Positions 9,857 through 19,830 are shown, counted from the stretch's first letter. The stretch is DNA of 64,000 nt from an uncultured Gammaproteobacteria bacterium (GCA_963797555.1 CAWCPV010000003.1:512001-576000); one strand, 5' to 3'. The notes: generated by a model from the letters alone, not told the origin. Made by a program: numbers and translations.

Positions 9857-12115
9857 GCGCCTGTTCCTGAACCCTGCACCCCGAACCCTAACCGACCCTC
9901 CAAGCAATACGCCGCCGCCTCGACCATCGCATCGTCCATCACCCCGTAGCCGAGATCGGCGACGACGACCGGCGGGGCCTCCTTGAGGAGGATCTCCTCG
10001 CGCCAGCGTTGGAAGGAGGACAAGAAGAAGCCGGTCCGGGAGGTGATGGCGCCGAGGCGGCTCCGCGGGTGCAGCAGCCTGATGCCTCGTTCCACGAAGG
10101 CCGCGTACATGTCGTTCTTCGTGCGCGGCCAGGCGGATGACGCCCAGGAACGCACGCCTTCCGGGAATGCCCCGAATGGCGGATTCATGAGTACTACGTC
10201 GAAACGCAGAAGGCACAAGTCGATGAAGCCGAGCCCTCGCGCGGCGTCCTCGCTGAACAGGCGCCGCTGATAGGCTCGACCGTTCGAGGCGTGCTCGGCG
10301 TACGCACGAAGCGCGCGAAGGACTTCCTGCTCCGCCCTCCGCCAGCGCTCCTCGTCGAGTGTGCGAAAAAGCGTCCCATGCTCGCCGTGGATCTCCCGCA
10401 CGGCGTCGCGGATATCCTCCTCGATGCGCAGCAGGGAGCCCGCCTCGCCGGCAAGCTCCATACGCTCGAAGACGCGCGCGACGAGCTTTGCGAGGTCGGG
10501 ATCGAGGGCCGCGAGGAACTCTCGCCGCAGATCCGGCTCCCCGGGCATGGGCTCGGCCACGACGATATTGGTCTTCCGGATGGCGCGGCGCTTGCTGCGG
10601 CGCGATGCCGAAATCCTGATAGGCCCGCTGCGCCCGCATCCAGAGCGCCAAGGCGGCGATCTGCGCACAGCGGGCGTCGATGTCGATGCCGTGGAGGTTG
10701 TGCCTAAGGATGAGTCCCGGCAAGGCCAGGCGCAGGGCGTCGAGGTCCGGGTAGTCGTCGCGCAGGCGGCGCCCCGTCACCTCGGAGGCGGGCGAGTCCG
10801 AATCGGCCCAGGCCTCCTCGTAGATGACGAGCAGCAGGTCGAAGGCATAGAGCAGGAAGTGCCCCGATCCGCAGGCGGGGTCGAGGATCTTGAGGTCGCG
10901 GGGGTCTTTCTTCGGTCTTCGGTCGTCAGCGAATGCGTCGCCGGTCTTCAGTCGTCGGTCGTCAGCGGATGCGTCGTCTGTCTTCAGGCGTCTGTCATCA
11001 GCCGAGGAGTCTCCTGCTGACGACTGATGACTGACGACTGACGACACTTCCCCCGACGACTGACGACCGACGACTGACGACTGCTCCCCCGACGACTCTT
11101 CCCGCACCAGATAGTCCAGCTCACGGAGCCTGGTCTTGCCTTGCCGCATCTCGTACCAGATGCGTCCCAGCGTGTTGTCCGTGAGGAACTGGACCACATA
11201 GCGGGGGGTAAAGAACTGGTTCCGCACCGCAAGCTCGCGGGTGTTGCGCGGCGCCTGGCTTTCCGCGCGCATCTGCCGGCGCTCTTCGTCGCCGTTGAAG
11301 TACTGGTAGACCCAGCCGATGGTTTCGTCGAGCTGCCAGATGGTCGTCGGTCTTCGGTCATCGGTCGTCGGCCCCGGTCCTCCTGCCGACGACTGAAGAC
11401 TGACGACTGATGACAATCCCTCATCGTTCAGGATCCCCAACAGCTCCGCCAACGCCTGCCTCCGCGGCCACAGCAGGCTCGCCGGATCGCGCCGGTCGAA
11501 CAGCACCCGCACCTCGCGGCCGATTTCGTCGAACAGGCTCTCGATGTAGAGCCGGTAGCCGTGGTCCGGGAGTTGTACCAACCCCGGTGCCAGGCCGCAG
11601 AACTCCTTGAAGCCGGAGGATTGCTCGCCCCGGGAGATGCACTCCTGCACCAGCCCGCGAGCCTCGAGCATCTTCAGCGCCACGAACCGGTTCAGCGTGG
11701 TGAAGGCCGCCTCGCGCCGGAAGGCTGCAACTGCTTCGGAATAGTCATCAGTCGTCGGCCGTCTGTCGTCTTGGGGGAAGTCGTCAGTCGTCAGTCGTCG
11801 GTCGTCAGCGGTTCCATCGTCGGTTGTCGGTCGTCGCTCATCGGCGGGGGTGAGTTTGCTGACGACTGAAGGCCGATGACCGAAGACTGCCGACCGATGA
11901 CTGACGACCGACGACACCGCGTGCTCCACTGCGGCTACCAGCTTGCTCCGCACGACCCGCTGCGCCGCATCCAGATGGCTGCCAGGCTCGGCAGCGATGG
12001 TCCCGTCCAAGCGGATGTCGAAGACACCCTCCAATTGCTCCGCGAACTCCCGCTCCAGCAGCGCTCTGGCAGCCTGAGTAGCCTTTTGGATGCGGTTGCG
12101 GGTTTCTTTGTCCAT
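9853..12115 (-). CDS. pglX: PglX adenine methyltransferase, N-terminal catalytic segment (one frameshift near 10600)
   Basis: AFTTLNRFVALKMLEAR, IGWVYQYFN, NQFFTPRYVVQFL, motif I ILDPACGSGHFL, motif IV DVVLMNPPF. Confidence 0.92.
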
Positions 12116-12323
12116 TTGTCAGGGTGGGGTCGAGCGTGATAGTGCTCGGAATCACATGGGTTTGACTATTTGCACATAAGTACGCTCGCGGGCGAAAAAT
12201 TTACGGTCGCGATCATAAATTCGGCCTGCGCTTCTAGGCAGTGCCTCTGCCCTTGCGGCAGAGGTATAAGATGTCCGGCGCTGTCCTAGGCTCGCCTGAT
12301 AACACCTGAAACCCCGAACCCTG

Positions 12324-12812
12324 CTATTCACCGACCTCGCTCAACAGCCGCCGAACCAATTCGTCGGACGCGTACAAGCCAGTTGCAAGCAACCGTCTGA
12401 CGACCGGCTCCGCCCAATCAATCAATCCCCTTGCCTTCGCGCGCCCGACGATTCCCAGTGTGCCGATGACCGCCAAGCCCATGGCCATCGCACAGCGGCG
12501 ACCTTCGCGGTCGTCGATGACGACTCGCTCCGCGTGATGCGCAAGCGCATGGGCAATGACCTGGGTTTCGCCAGCACCCAAGTCCCAGCTAAGAATCTCT
12601 GGGGCTGCGCCCACGTCTTCGACGATGACAAAGGCCGGGGCGTGTGAGATCCCTTTGAGGATTGTGCGACCGTCGGGCTTGGCGCCCACCTCCTCCGCAA
12701 CGGACCTCGGAACGTCGACCCGTTCGGCCATTTTGCCCAGTAGCCCGAGGGTTGCCGCCTTGCCGAGCAAGATCAGCGGCGAGGCGTTAACGACCCAGCG
12801 CTTAGACTCCAT
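12324..12812 (-). CDS. DUF3368 PIN-like putative toxin
   Basis: WVVNASPLILLGK...LGAGETQVI...IDDREGRRCA...GTLGIV. Confidence 0.88.
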   Translation of the reverse strand: MESKRWVVNASPLILLGKAATLGLLGKMAERVDVPRSVAEEVGAKPDGRTILKGISHAPAFVIVEDVGAAPEILSWDLGAGETQVIAHALAHHAERVVIDDREGRRCAMAMGLAVIGTLGIVGRAKARGLIDWAEPVVRRLLATGLYASDELVRRLLSEVGE

Positions 12813-13056
12813 GGATCTCGTCCGCCAACTCGTCGGGTGCGACCTGGCAGGCCGGGACCTTGCGCCGGTAAAGCTCATCCAGGAACTCGGCTCTTGTCAG
12901 GTCAGCAAGCTCCGCCGCCTTTCCCTGAGACACGATCCCCTGCGCATACCATTGCACCGCCGCGGCGATTCGCATCTCGCGGGCAAATTCGGCGGGCGCC
13001 AGCCGGAGAGCACCGAATGCCGAGGCGTCGAAGTCGAAGCTGATCGTAGTGGTCAT
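12802..13056 (-). CDS. UPF0175 family putative antitoxin
   Basis: EMRIAAAVQWYAQGIVSQGKAAELADLTRAEFL. Confidence 0.88.
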   Translation of the reverse strand: MTTTISFDFDASAFGALRLAPAEFAREMRIAAAVQWYAQGIVSQGKAAELADLTRAEFLDELYRRKVPACQVAPDELADEIHGV

Positions 13057-13141
13057 GAGTCACCTCAAGGTTCTGGGGGCTGGGTACAGGGTGCAGCAGG
13101 AGTCGGCGGAAGGCCAGCTCCTGAACCCCGAACCCTGCACC

Positions 13142-16100
13142 CTACTGCACCAACACCTTCTTGCCCGCGGCGATCAGCTCCAGGCACTGCTCCTTCAGCC
13201 CGCCGAGCGCCTGATCGAGCTGTTCCTCGTTCTCCACGCCGCCGGCGAAATAGCTCGACGCGGAGACTTTCACCACGCGGCTGCCGTCGATGACGCGCAT
13301 CAGTTCCTCGATGGCCTTGTCCCGGCGCACGGGACAGGCGTCGAGGTCGGCGCGGAGCTGCGGTATGGACGGGTTGGTTGCCTTGGCGACGGTGTAGGCG
13401 GCCAGCGGCTCGGCGATACGGTCGCGGTGCTCCTCGCCGACCTGCTGCCAGCCGGGCGTTCCGCGAAGCTGCTGGAGAGCGGTTTCGTATGCCTGGACAC
13501 GTGCATCCAATGCCTGGTCCAGCCGGGCCTGGTAGGCGTCCTCCAGCGCTTTGGTGTGCTGGTCGATGGCCGGAAGCTCGCGATAGAAGGACTCTCGGGC
13601 CATCAGGTCCGCGAGCTTGTCAGCGTGCTCCCGATCGTTGTCGCCGAGGTCCGGCTCGTGTTGCAGGAAGGGCCCGGTGCTGTCGAGTACCTTGCGCGCC
13701 CGGCCGAGGTCGTGAAGCGCGGTTTCCGTCAGGGCGTTGGCGAGCTCCGCGCCGCGTTTGATGGCTTCCTTGAGCTCCTGGTGGCAAGCAGTGAATGCCT
13801 TCAGCGCCTGGCAGTCCCGCTGGCGGCGAAAGCCGACGATGTTGCTCAATGCCGTCTCCAGGATCTCGGCCCCCGGTAGGGCATGCTTGTCGAGCTGGGC
13901 GGCAACAGCGCGCAGGGTCTCCTCGTGCGCCTCCGTGGTCTCGCGGATGGTCTGGGCGATGACATTTTCCTCGTACTCCTGGATTTCTTTGCCGAAGCAG
14001 GTCTTGTAGGCTTCGCCGGCCTCGACGTAGTCCGCGAACTCGCAGTCGGTCGCGCGCGGGCGGAACGAGGCCTGGCGGAACAGGTTGTTGTTGGTGAAGG
14101 TGGTGCGCGCCTCCAGGGAGAGGGCGGACTCGATGACCTGGCCCTTGCTGGTCGCCTCGATCTTGCCGGCGCGCAGCAGCGCGATGACGAGCAGGCGAAC
14201 AACGTCGAAGTCCCAGCCGAAGGGTTCCTTGGCGAATTCGTCGGTCAGATAGCGGCCGCTGGCGACCTCGCCATAGCTGGTGCGGTTCTGATGCGTGCGA
14301 GCACCTCGGCGAGCGACGCCGCTCTCGACGTTGAAGACGGGTTTGCCGCCCTGGTCGCGCACCAGGCCGAGATCGGTGTAGACGGGTGTCAGTCCGCGCA
14401 GGTTCTCGGTGGTCAGAAGAGAATCGAGGTCGTGCTTGTTGACGCGGGCGGCGGCCTCCTCGAAGCGGTCGAAGACCTCTGGCAGGGCCTGAGACAGGAC
14501 CTTCGAGGCAGTCCTCGATACCTCGCTCGCCCCTTCCTCCGGGCTGCGGTCGTTGCCCCGGAAGAAGATGGTGCCGTTCAGCAGGGACTGCTTGATCAGG
14601 CGCCGCAGCTCGTCCTGGTGGCGGCGTTGCCTGAGCTTCTCCTCCGCGACCAGGGCGGTCTCGTCCTTGGTCTGGGCGCCGCGTTCCTTGCGGGACAGGA
14701 TCTCCCTGGAGCGAAAGATCTCGACGGTTTCACGGTCGATCGCATCGCCGAGGGCGGCAACCCAGAAGACGGCCTTGGTCTCCGTCTGGCTGCGCCTGCG
14801 GAGATCCTCGACTTGTTCGTCGTACTCGCTCCCCGCCTCGGCGAGGGTCAGGTGGAAGGGAATGTCCCCGTCGACCGTCAACCGCCCCCCGAGGTAAAGA
14901 CCCGCCTTGAAGAGCTTGACGTCGAGCAGACTGTGGGACGGTTGCGGCTGCCACAGGGCGGTGACGATCTCGGCGTGCAAGCGGCTGGTATCGCCTGGCT
15001 TGGGGGACAGACTGGAGCGCTGGCGTTCCCAGTCGTCTTCCGCGGGGGTGGGAATACGGTAGCCGTCGTCTCCGCGGCGGACCATGAGACCCTTCTCCAA
15101 GGCGTCCAGGGCCTGGCGGACCTCGGCAAGGCGCGAATCGGCATCGACGGCTGGGTGGAGCGCGGCGGCGATGTTCTCGGGCGTGCGGTGAATGCTGCGG
15201 ACGTATTGCAGCAGGCAGATCGCCTTGGCGACGGGCTGGGCGAGCGGGTGGGCGATCTTGGTACCGATGTCGGCGATCTTGCCGCGGATCTCGCTGCCGA
15301 TGTTCCCGGAGACGAGGTCGTAGATCTGATCGACCCGTGCGAGCTTCCCGACGGGCTCGTCGGCCAAGTCCACATCGGGATGGATGAGCAACTGCTGGGC
15401 GAGCTTGATGATGGTGCGGTTCGCGCCGCCGACGTGCCTGCTCGCACCGGCCTGGGTACGCAGGCCGGAGACGATCTGGATGATGAGGTCGATCTGGTAA
15501 GGGAGCAGCGGGTAGAGGTCGATGAAAGACTCGGTCGACAGCTCCGGAAGCTTGATGTCCGCCGTGATGCGGGTGTTGTCGGTCAGCCGCCCGCGGTGCT
15601 GGGTGAACAGCTCGCGGAGCAGCTTCTCCGCCGCAGCGTTCTTGGAGAGCACGCGCTTGCTGGTGACCTCGGAGATGTCCGACGGCTCCAGGTGCACCTG
15701 AAGCGGGAAACGGTCCATCAGACGCGCAAGCTCGACGCGGCGGTCGTCGAGGCCGCCGACCAGCTCCGTGAGCTTCTCCTGGGAGGTGACGACCACCCAC
15801 ATCTTGCCACGGCCGAGGCGCCCGAGGTTCTGCACGACGGCCTGGAGGTCGAGCATCTTCTGCACGTCGCGGGCGACGAACTGGCCGACCTCGTCCACCA
15901 CGAACAGCAGTGTCTTGCCGGGTCGGCGGCGCGACATGAGATTCAGTCCCCGTGCGGCGAGATCGCCGGGGGTGATGTCCGCGCGCTTCATGGCCGACTC
16001 GCGCCAACTGTCCACCGTCGCATAAGTGGCAGGGTCCAGCTCGTGCATCACGCGGCTCGCCTGCTGGACGGCGATGGCGATCTTGCCCTTCTCGAAGTCC

Positions 16101-16675
16101 CAGTCCTTGTCGAAGATCTGCCGATACTTGGCCTTGAAGGCGTCGAGGCGACCTTCCTCCTCCAGCGTGATCTCCAGCTCGGAAAGGTCCAGATCCCGCG
16201 CGTACCCCAGGCTCTGAAGGAAGAGCCGGTACATGATCTCGGTGATGCTCTGATTGCCGGTGCGGATGCCGCGGTCGGTGGAGACGTCGAAGATGACGGC
16301 CTCGGTGGGGATCTGCTCGGCGATGTTGCTCAGCAGGACCTGAATCTTCGGATCATGACAGCGCTGGGCGAGCAGCTCGCCGGCGCCCTGCCCCAGGATG
16401 TCCCGGTTGGCGAGGGCGAGCCCGAGGTACTTGGCGAAGCTGGACTTCCCGGAGCCGAAGAAGCCCGAAACCCAGACGGCGATGCCCTCGTTGGGTTTCC
16501 GCCAAGTGGTTTGGTAGTGGTCGAAGACTTCGCGGAAATGCGTGCGGATCGAGTCGGTGACGACATACTCGGCCAGCTCATCGCGGATGATCTGCTGGTC
16601 GGCTTGGTCGACCTTGATGACTTCCTCGATGCGCCGTTCGATGTCGCTGGCGAAAAGGTCTTTGATTGTGGGCAT
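13142..16675 (-). CDS. brxC: BREX P-loop ATPase BrxC
   Basis: 1177 aa; WVSGFFGSGKS Walker A, FVVDEVGQF Walker B, VVVTSQE, YPLLPYQ. Confidence 0.95.
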   Translation of the reverse strand: MPTIKDLFASDIERRIEEVIKVDQADQQIIRDELAEYVVTDSIRTHFREVFDHYQTTWRKPNEGIAVWVSGFFGSGKSSFAKYLGLALANRDILGQGAGELLAQRCHDPKIQVLLSNIAEQIPTEAVIFDVSTDRGIRTGNQSITEIMYRLFLQSLGYARDLDLSELEITLEEEGRLDAFKAKYRQIFDKDWDFEKGKIAIAVQQASRVMHELDPATYATVDSWRESAMKRADITPGDLAARGLNLMSRRRPGKTLLFVVDEVGQFVARDVQKMLDLQAVVQNLGRLGRGKMWVVVTSQEKLTELVGGLDDRRVELARLMDRFPLQVHLEPSDISEVTSKRVLSKNAAAEKLLRELFTQHRGRLTDNTRITADIKLPELSTESFIDLYPLLPYQIDLIIQIVSGLRTQAGASRHVGGANRTIIKLAQQLLIHPDVDLADEPVGKLARVDQIYDLVSGNIGSEIRGKIADIGTKIAHPLAQPVAKAICLLQYVRSIHRTPENIAAALHPAVDADSRLAEVRQALDALEKGLMVRRGDDGYRIPTPAEDDWERQRSSLSPKPGDTSRLHAEIVTALWQPQPSHSLLDVKLFKAGLYLGGRLTVDGDIPFHLTLAEAGSEYDEQVEDLRRRSQTETKAVFWVAALGDAIDRETVEIFRSREILSRKERGAQTKDETALVAEEKLRQRRHQDELRRLIKQSLLNGTIFFRGNDRSPEEGASEVSRTASKVLSQALPEVFDRFEEAAARVNKHDLDSLLTTENLRGLTPVYTDLGLVRDQGGKPVFNVESGVARRGARTHQNRTSYGEVASGRYLTDEFAKEPFGWDFDVVRLLVIALLRAGKIEATSKGQVIESALSLEARTTFTNNNLFRQASFRPRATDCEFADYVEAGEAYKTCFGKEIQEYEENVIAQTIRETTEAHEETLRAVAAQLDKHALPGAEILETALSNIVGFRRQRDCQALKAFTACHQELKEAIKRGAELANALTETALHDLGRARKVLDSTGPFLQHEPDLGDNDREHADKLADLMARESFYRELPAIDQHTKALEDAYQARLDQALDARVQAYETALQQLRGTPGWQQVGEEHRDRIAEPLAAYTVAKATNPSIPQLRADLDACPVRRDKAIEELMRVIDGSRVVKVSASSYFAGGVENEEQLDQALGGLKEQCLELIAAGKKVLVQ

Positions 16676-16699
16676 CGGTCGTCAGTCGTTGGTCGTCGG

Positions 16700-16929
16700 C
16701 GAGGGGTAACTGGTTCTTGTGTCGTTCGGCGGTAACGAAGAGCGCAGGGCATTGAGCATTCGGGCCACTTCTGCGCAGTCGTTCATGATCGACGAAAGGG
16801 ACAGCGCCGCATCTGGCCCGTCAGACCAAAACGCTCGTCCTGCGGGAAACCTTTCGTCGCTTCGTAGACATGTTCCGCAAGTGTCATCGCTTGGTGCCAA
16901 ACACGCAAGTCTCCGAAACCTGCGCTTAT
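16700..16929 (-). pseudogene. Second four-helix-bundle gene, internally deleted, ATA in place of ATG
   Basis: Hand translation: AGFGDLRVWHQAMTLAEHVYEATKGFPQDERFGLTGQMRR jumps to SIMNDCAEVARMLNALRSS; close paralogue of 2834-3187; heptamer arrays at 16675-16700 and 16930-16990. Confidence 0.85.
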
Positions 16930-16992
16930 TTCTGTTCAGTCTTCGGTCTCCGGCATATTCTCCCGCGGCGACTGACGACTGACGACATCCTC

Positions 16993-17572
16993 TCAAAAAA
17001 TCCTCGGCCGGTAGTTGTGCTCGGCGTCCAGAACGCCCATGAAGCGCAGGCCGGCGGCACCATCGAGATCACCCGGGTAGAACAGGACGGCGGGGACGTG
17101 CACCTTGCCCTTGAGCTGCTCCAGCAACGCGGAGGTGCGGTACATGGGGAAGAGCGCACCCGCGCGCACGATGAATACCACGTCGCGCTGCGGGTCGGCG
17201 TCCTCCGGGATGCGGCGCGCGACCAGCTCGTCCAGGGGTTGGTACTCGCTCAGGATCTGGAAGACGGTCTCGACCGTCGCTTCGAGGCCCACGGATCTTC
17301 TCCGCGTCGACCAGCGCCTCGGGCCCCATGCCTTCCGCCTCCAGAGCCTCGCTGAGGCATTCGGCGAGGGAGATAGTCGTCACCCGTTTGCCCGTCTGCT
17401 CCAGCCGCGTGCGCAGGAGCGCGACTTCCTGGCGGACCGAAAATTCCTCTTCCGGCGGGTAGCGGAAGATGGCGTAGGGCATGTCGTGGTAGGCGCTGAT
17501 CTGCTGCCTGGGGTCCGGCCGCTTCAGCGCCGGTTCGAGCTGCTGAGTGAGGCGTTCCCTCCAATCGGACAT
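16993..17572 (-). CDS. brxB: BREX BrxB (DUF1788), one frameshift near 17290
   Basis: ISAYHDMPYAIFRYPPEEEF; LFYPG...LRFMGVLDAEHNYR; position between brxA and brxC. Confidence 0.88.
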
Positions 17573-18351
17573 CAGTGCAGGTCTCTGGCGTAATCGGCCG
17601 CCGAGGTCGCGGGCAGCTCGAGCTGGGCGAGACTCCCGGCGACCTCGTAGTGCAGCTTGCGGAACTGGTGCAGGCGCAGGATCTCCCGCTCAACGTCCGC
17701 CGAATCCATCAGGTACATGCGCCAGTTTTCGTCGTCGATGACGCGCCGGGCGTTGGCGTCCCGTTCCATCATGGCGTGGAGCAGATACAGGAAGCTCTCC
17801 TCCGGCAAGTGATAGGAGGCGAACTCCCTCGACTGGATGCCCTTCAGGAGCCCGAAGTCCACGGCGATCCGCAACAGGCCGGAGGCGACGCGCTTCAACG
17901 TGGCGTCGCTCCACTTGCCGGACCACTCGATGCCCTTTTTCTTGGAGAGCGAATGGAGGTAGGGGAAGAGGTCCTCCGCGCGCAGGCGGTAGGCGCCGGA
18001 AGTGAACTGGGGGTAGAGCCAGTTGACGAGGAAATCGCGGACCAGGAACTCGTCGCGGGTCATGTGGTAGAGGAGCAGCGGCTTCCAGACCTCGCGGTCA
18101 CATCCCGACTGGCCGAGCTTCACGAGGGGACGATCGCGGCCCGCGGGGTCGAAGCGGCGGTTGAGCACCCACGCGACATCTCGCGCCCAGTGGGCGCTGG
18201 TCGCGCCAATCGTGTTGTCTTCGCGAACGCGCCTGAGATTCTCCGCCTTGGAGAGCGCATAGTCCCAATCCCGGAACACGGCGTACGTCTCCTCGATCAG
18301 GGAACCTTTGATGATGGTGAAGGAGGAGACGACGCTGGATCGGCCATCCAC
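17572..18351 (-). CDS. brxA: BREX BrxA (DUF1819)
   Basis: SFTIIKGSLIEET, WSDATLKRVASGLLR...DFGLLKG; operon position. Confidence 0.85.
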   Translation of the reverse strand: MDGRSSVVSSFTIIKGSLIEETYAVFRDWDYALSKAENLRRVREDNTIGATSAHWARDVAWVLNRRFDPAGRDRPLVKLGQSGCDREVWKPLLLYHMTRDEFLVRDFLVNWLYPQFTSGAYRLRAEDLFPYLHSLSKKKGIEWSGKWSDATLKRVASGLLRIAVDFGLLKGIQSREFASYHLPEESFLYLLHAMMERDANARRVIDDENWRMYLMDSADVEREILRLHQFRKLHYEVAGSLAQLELPATSAADYARDLH

Positions 18352-18353
18352 GC

Positions 18354-18902
18354 TCAGTCCTCCAGCCGCGCATAAGGGATCGCCGGGTTGCCCTTCTCAC
18401 CACGGGCAAAGGCGGCCGCCAGCAGCGTAATGATCTCGTCGTTCGGTCGGTGTCTTCCGGGTAAGGGCACCGACCTGCCCTCGGCCGACCGGCGCAGCTT
18501 GCCGACCGCATCGAGGTGAGCTTGGTCGATGAGATTAAGGTCGCTCAGCTCGGTGAGAAGATCCGTGGTTCCCGCCCCGGCCAGCTTCTCGAAGAACGGA
18601 GTCCACTGCTCGCCCTGGTCGAGCCAATCCTGCCAATGGTCCTCGAACTGATCCTCGACCTCCGCGGGGAGGCTCCACAGCGTCATGCACCCAGGCGGAT
18701 CGAAGAGTTCGTGGCAACGGCTGCGGGCGACGGCAAATGCGATTCGAGCCTGGGCGAAGTATTGAGTAGACGGAAAGCCGCGCTTGAGGACGAGAGAGCC
18801 GTGGCGGCCGAGGATACCTTTGGTGTTCCACCAACCCGCCACGTCCATCTCCCCGTGGCGGGCGATGACCAGACGGAGCTTGAGGAGGCGTTCGTGGTCC
18901 AT
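18354..18902 (-). CDS. brxE: BrxE family protein
   Basis: LLKLRLVIARHGEMDVAGWWNTKG...RGFPSTQYFAQAR...LWSLPAEVEDQ. Confidence 0.82.
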   Translation of the reverse strand: MDHERLLKLRLVIARHGEMDVAGWWNTKGILGRHGSLVLKRGFPSTQYFAQARIAFAVARSRCHELFDPPGCMTLWSLPAEVEDQFEDHWQDWLDQGEQWTPFFEKLAGAGTTDLLTELSDLNLIDQAHLDAVGKLRRSAEGRSVPLPGRHRPNDEIITLLAAAFARGEKGNPAIPYARLED

Positions 18903-19110
18903 CGGTCCATCTTCGTTGGTCTGATTTCGCTTGAACATCATCGGATGCCAGAACGCAACCGATGACCGCAGAAATCATAGTACCAACCGGGACCTTCTGG
19001 CAGGTGGCTCGGACGGGACCGTTCGGCCCCCACCCATTGGGCGCAATTACACAGAAGTTACACGAACCAAAGGATACTTGCAGGTTATTTCCACAAGCCT
19101 TTGTTTATAT

Positions 19111-19149
19111 TGGTGGGCCTGGCAGGATTCGAACCTGCGACCAAGGGAT
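19111..19149 (-). tRNA. 3' half of a tRNA (probably Ile2-CAT), att-site-like remnant
   Basis: Reverse complement ATCCCTTGGTCGCAGGTTCGAATCCTGCCAGGCCCACCA has T-arm, acceptor strand and CCA; no D-arm or anticodon upstream. Confidence 0.85.
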
Positions 19150-19151
19150 AA

Positions 19152-19830
19152 GCCTCGTCTCTAGTAATCCAGCGATAGGTATACCCTATCGTTGCAAAAC
19201 CTTTCTGATCATGCCGCTTTCTGCAGGGCCTGCAGGTAATGCAGCAGATCGTGTTGGATGGCTGAATTGGCGCTCATCGACAGGGTCAATCGACCTTGTG
19301 GACGGATCAGGCGACCGGCGCGCTGGATGAGCCGGCAGCGCAGCGTATTGAGACGGGCGAAGTCCCACAATGCGGGCCGTTTCTGCGAGACACGGCGGGA
19401 TAGTGGACGCGCTATCATCTGAAGCTCCCGGCTGAGGTTATGGGCGAGCAGTGTCGAGAGCAGATAGATCGGGTTGCCCACCAGCTCTGCGAACAGGCCC
19501 TCCTGAGCACCGCGGCCGTTGTGGAAGGCCACCACCTCTGCGGCATGCTGGGGCTTGTTGGTGATAATCACCTTGAACTCGTAGCCATACTCGTAAGGGA
19601 TGAAGAGATTAAGCTGCACGGGGCCCTTGTACTGTTTGCGCACCGCCTTGCGGATGAACAGGAAGCGGTGGTATGAGGGCCAGGACTTCGGCTTCCACCG
19701 GTCCTCGAAATAGGCTTGTTCGTCGTCCAGGGGCAACCAGCGTTGGCACGCCTCGATGCGTTCTTTGAGCTGCGTGAAGCGCTCGAAGGGCACGCTCAGT
19801 GTGTACTGCACCTTCTCGCTCTGCAGCAGG
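19152..19830 (-). mobile_element. IS1380-family transposase 3' remnant
   Basis: VAFHNGRGAQEGLFAEL...LLAHNLSRELQ...LRCRLIQRAGRLIRPQGRLTL; appears internally deleted. Confidence 0.75.

Noticed and set aside
13883-16735. Long antisense ORFs (also 3703-6000, 28805-30472, 55476-59852, 61830-63002)
   Set aside because: Shadow frames of GC-rich genes on the opposite strand, with no recognisable motifs.
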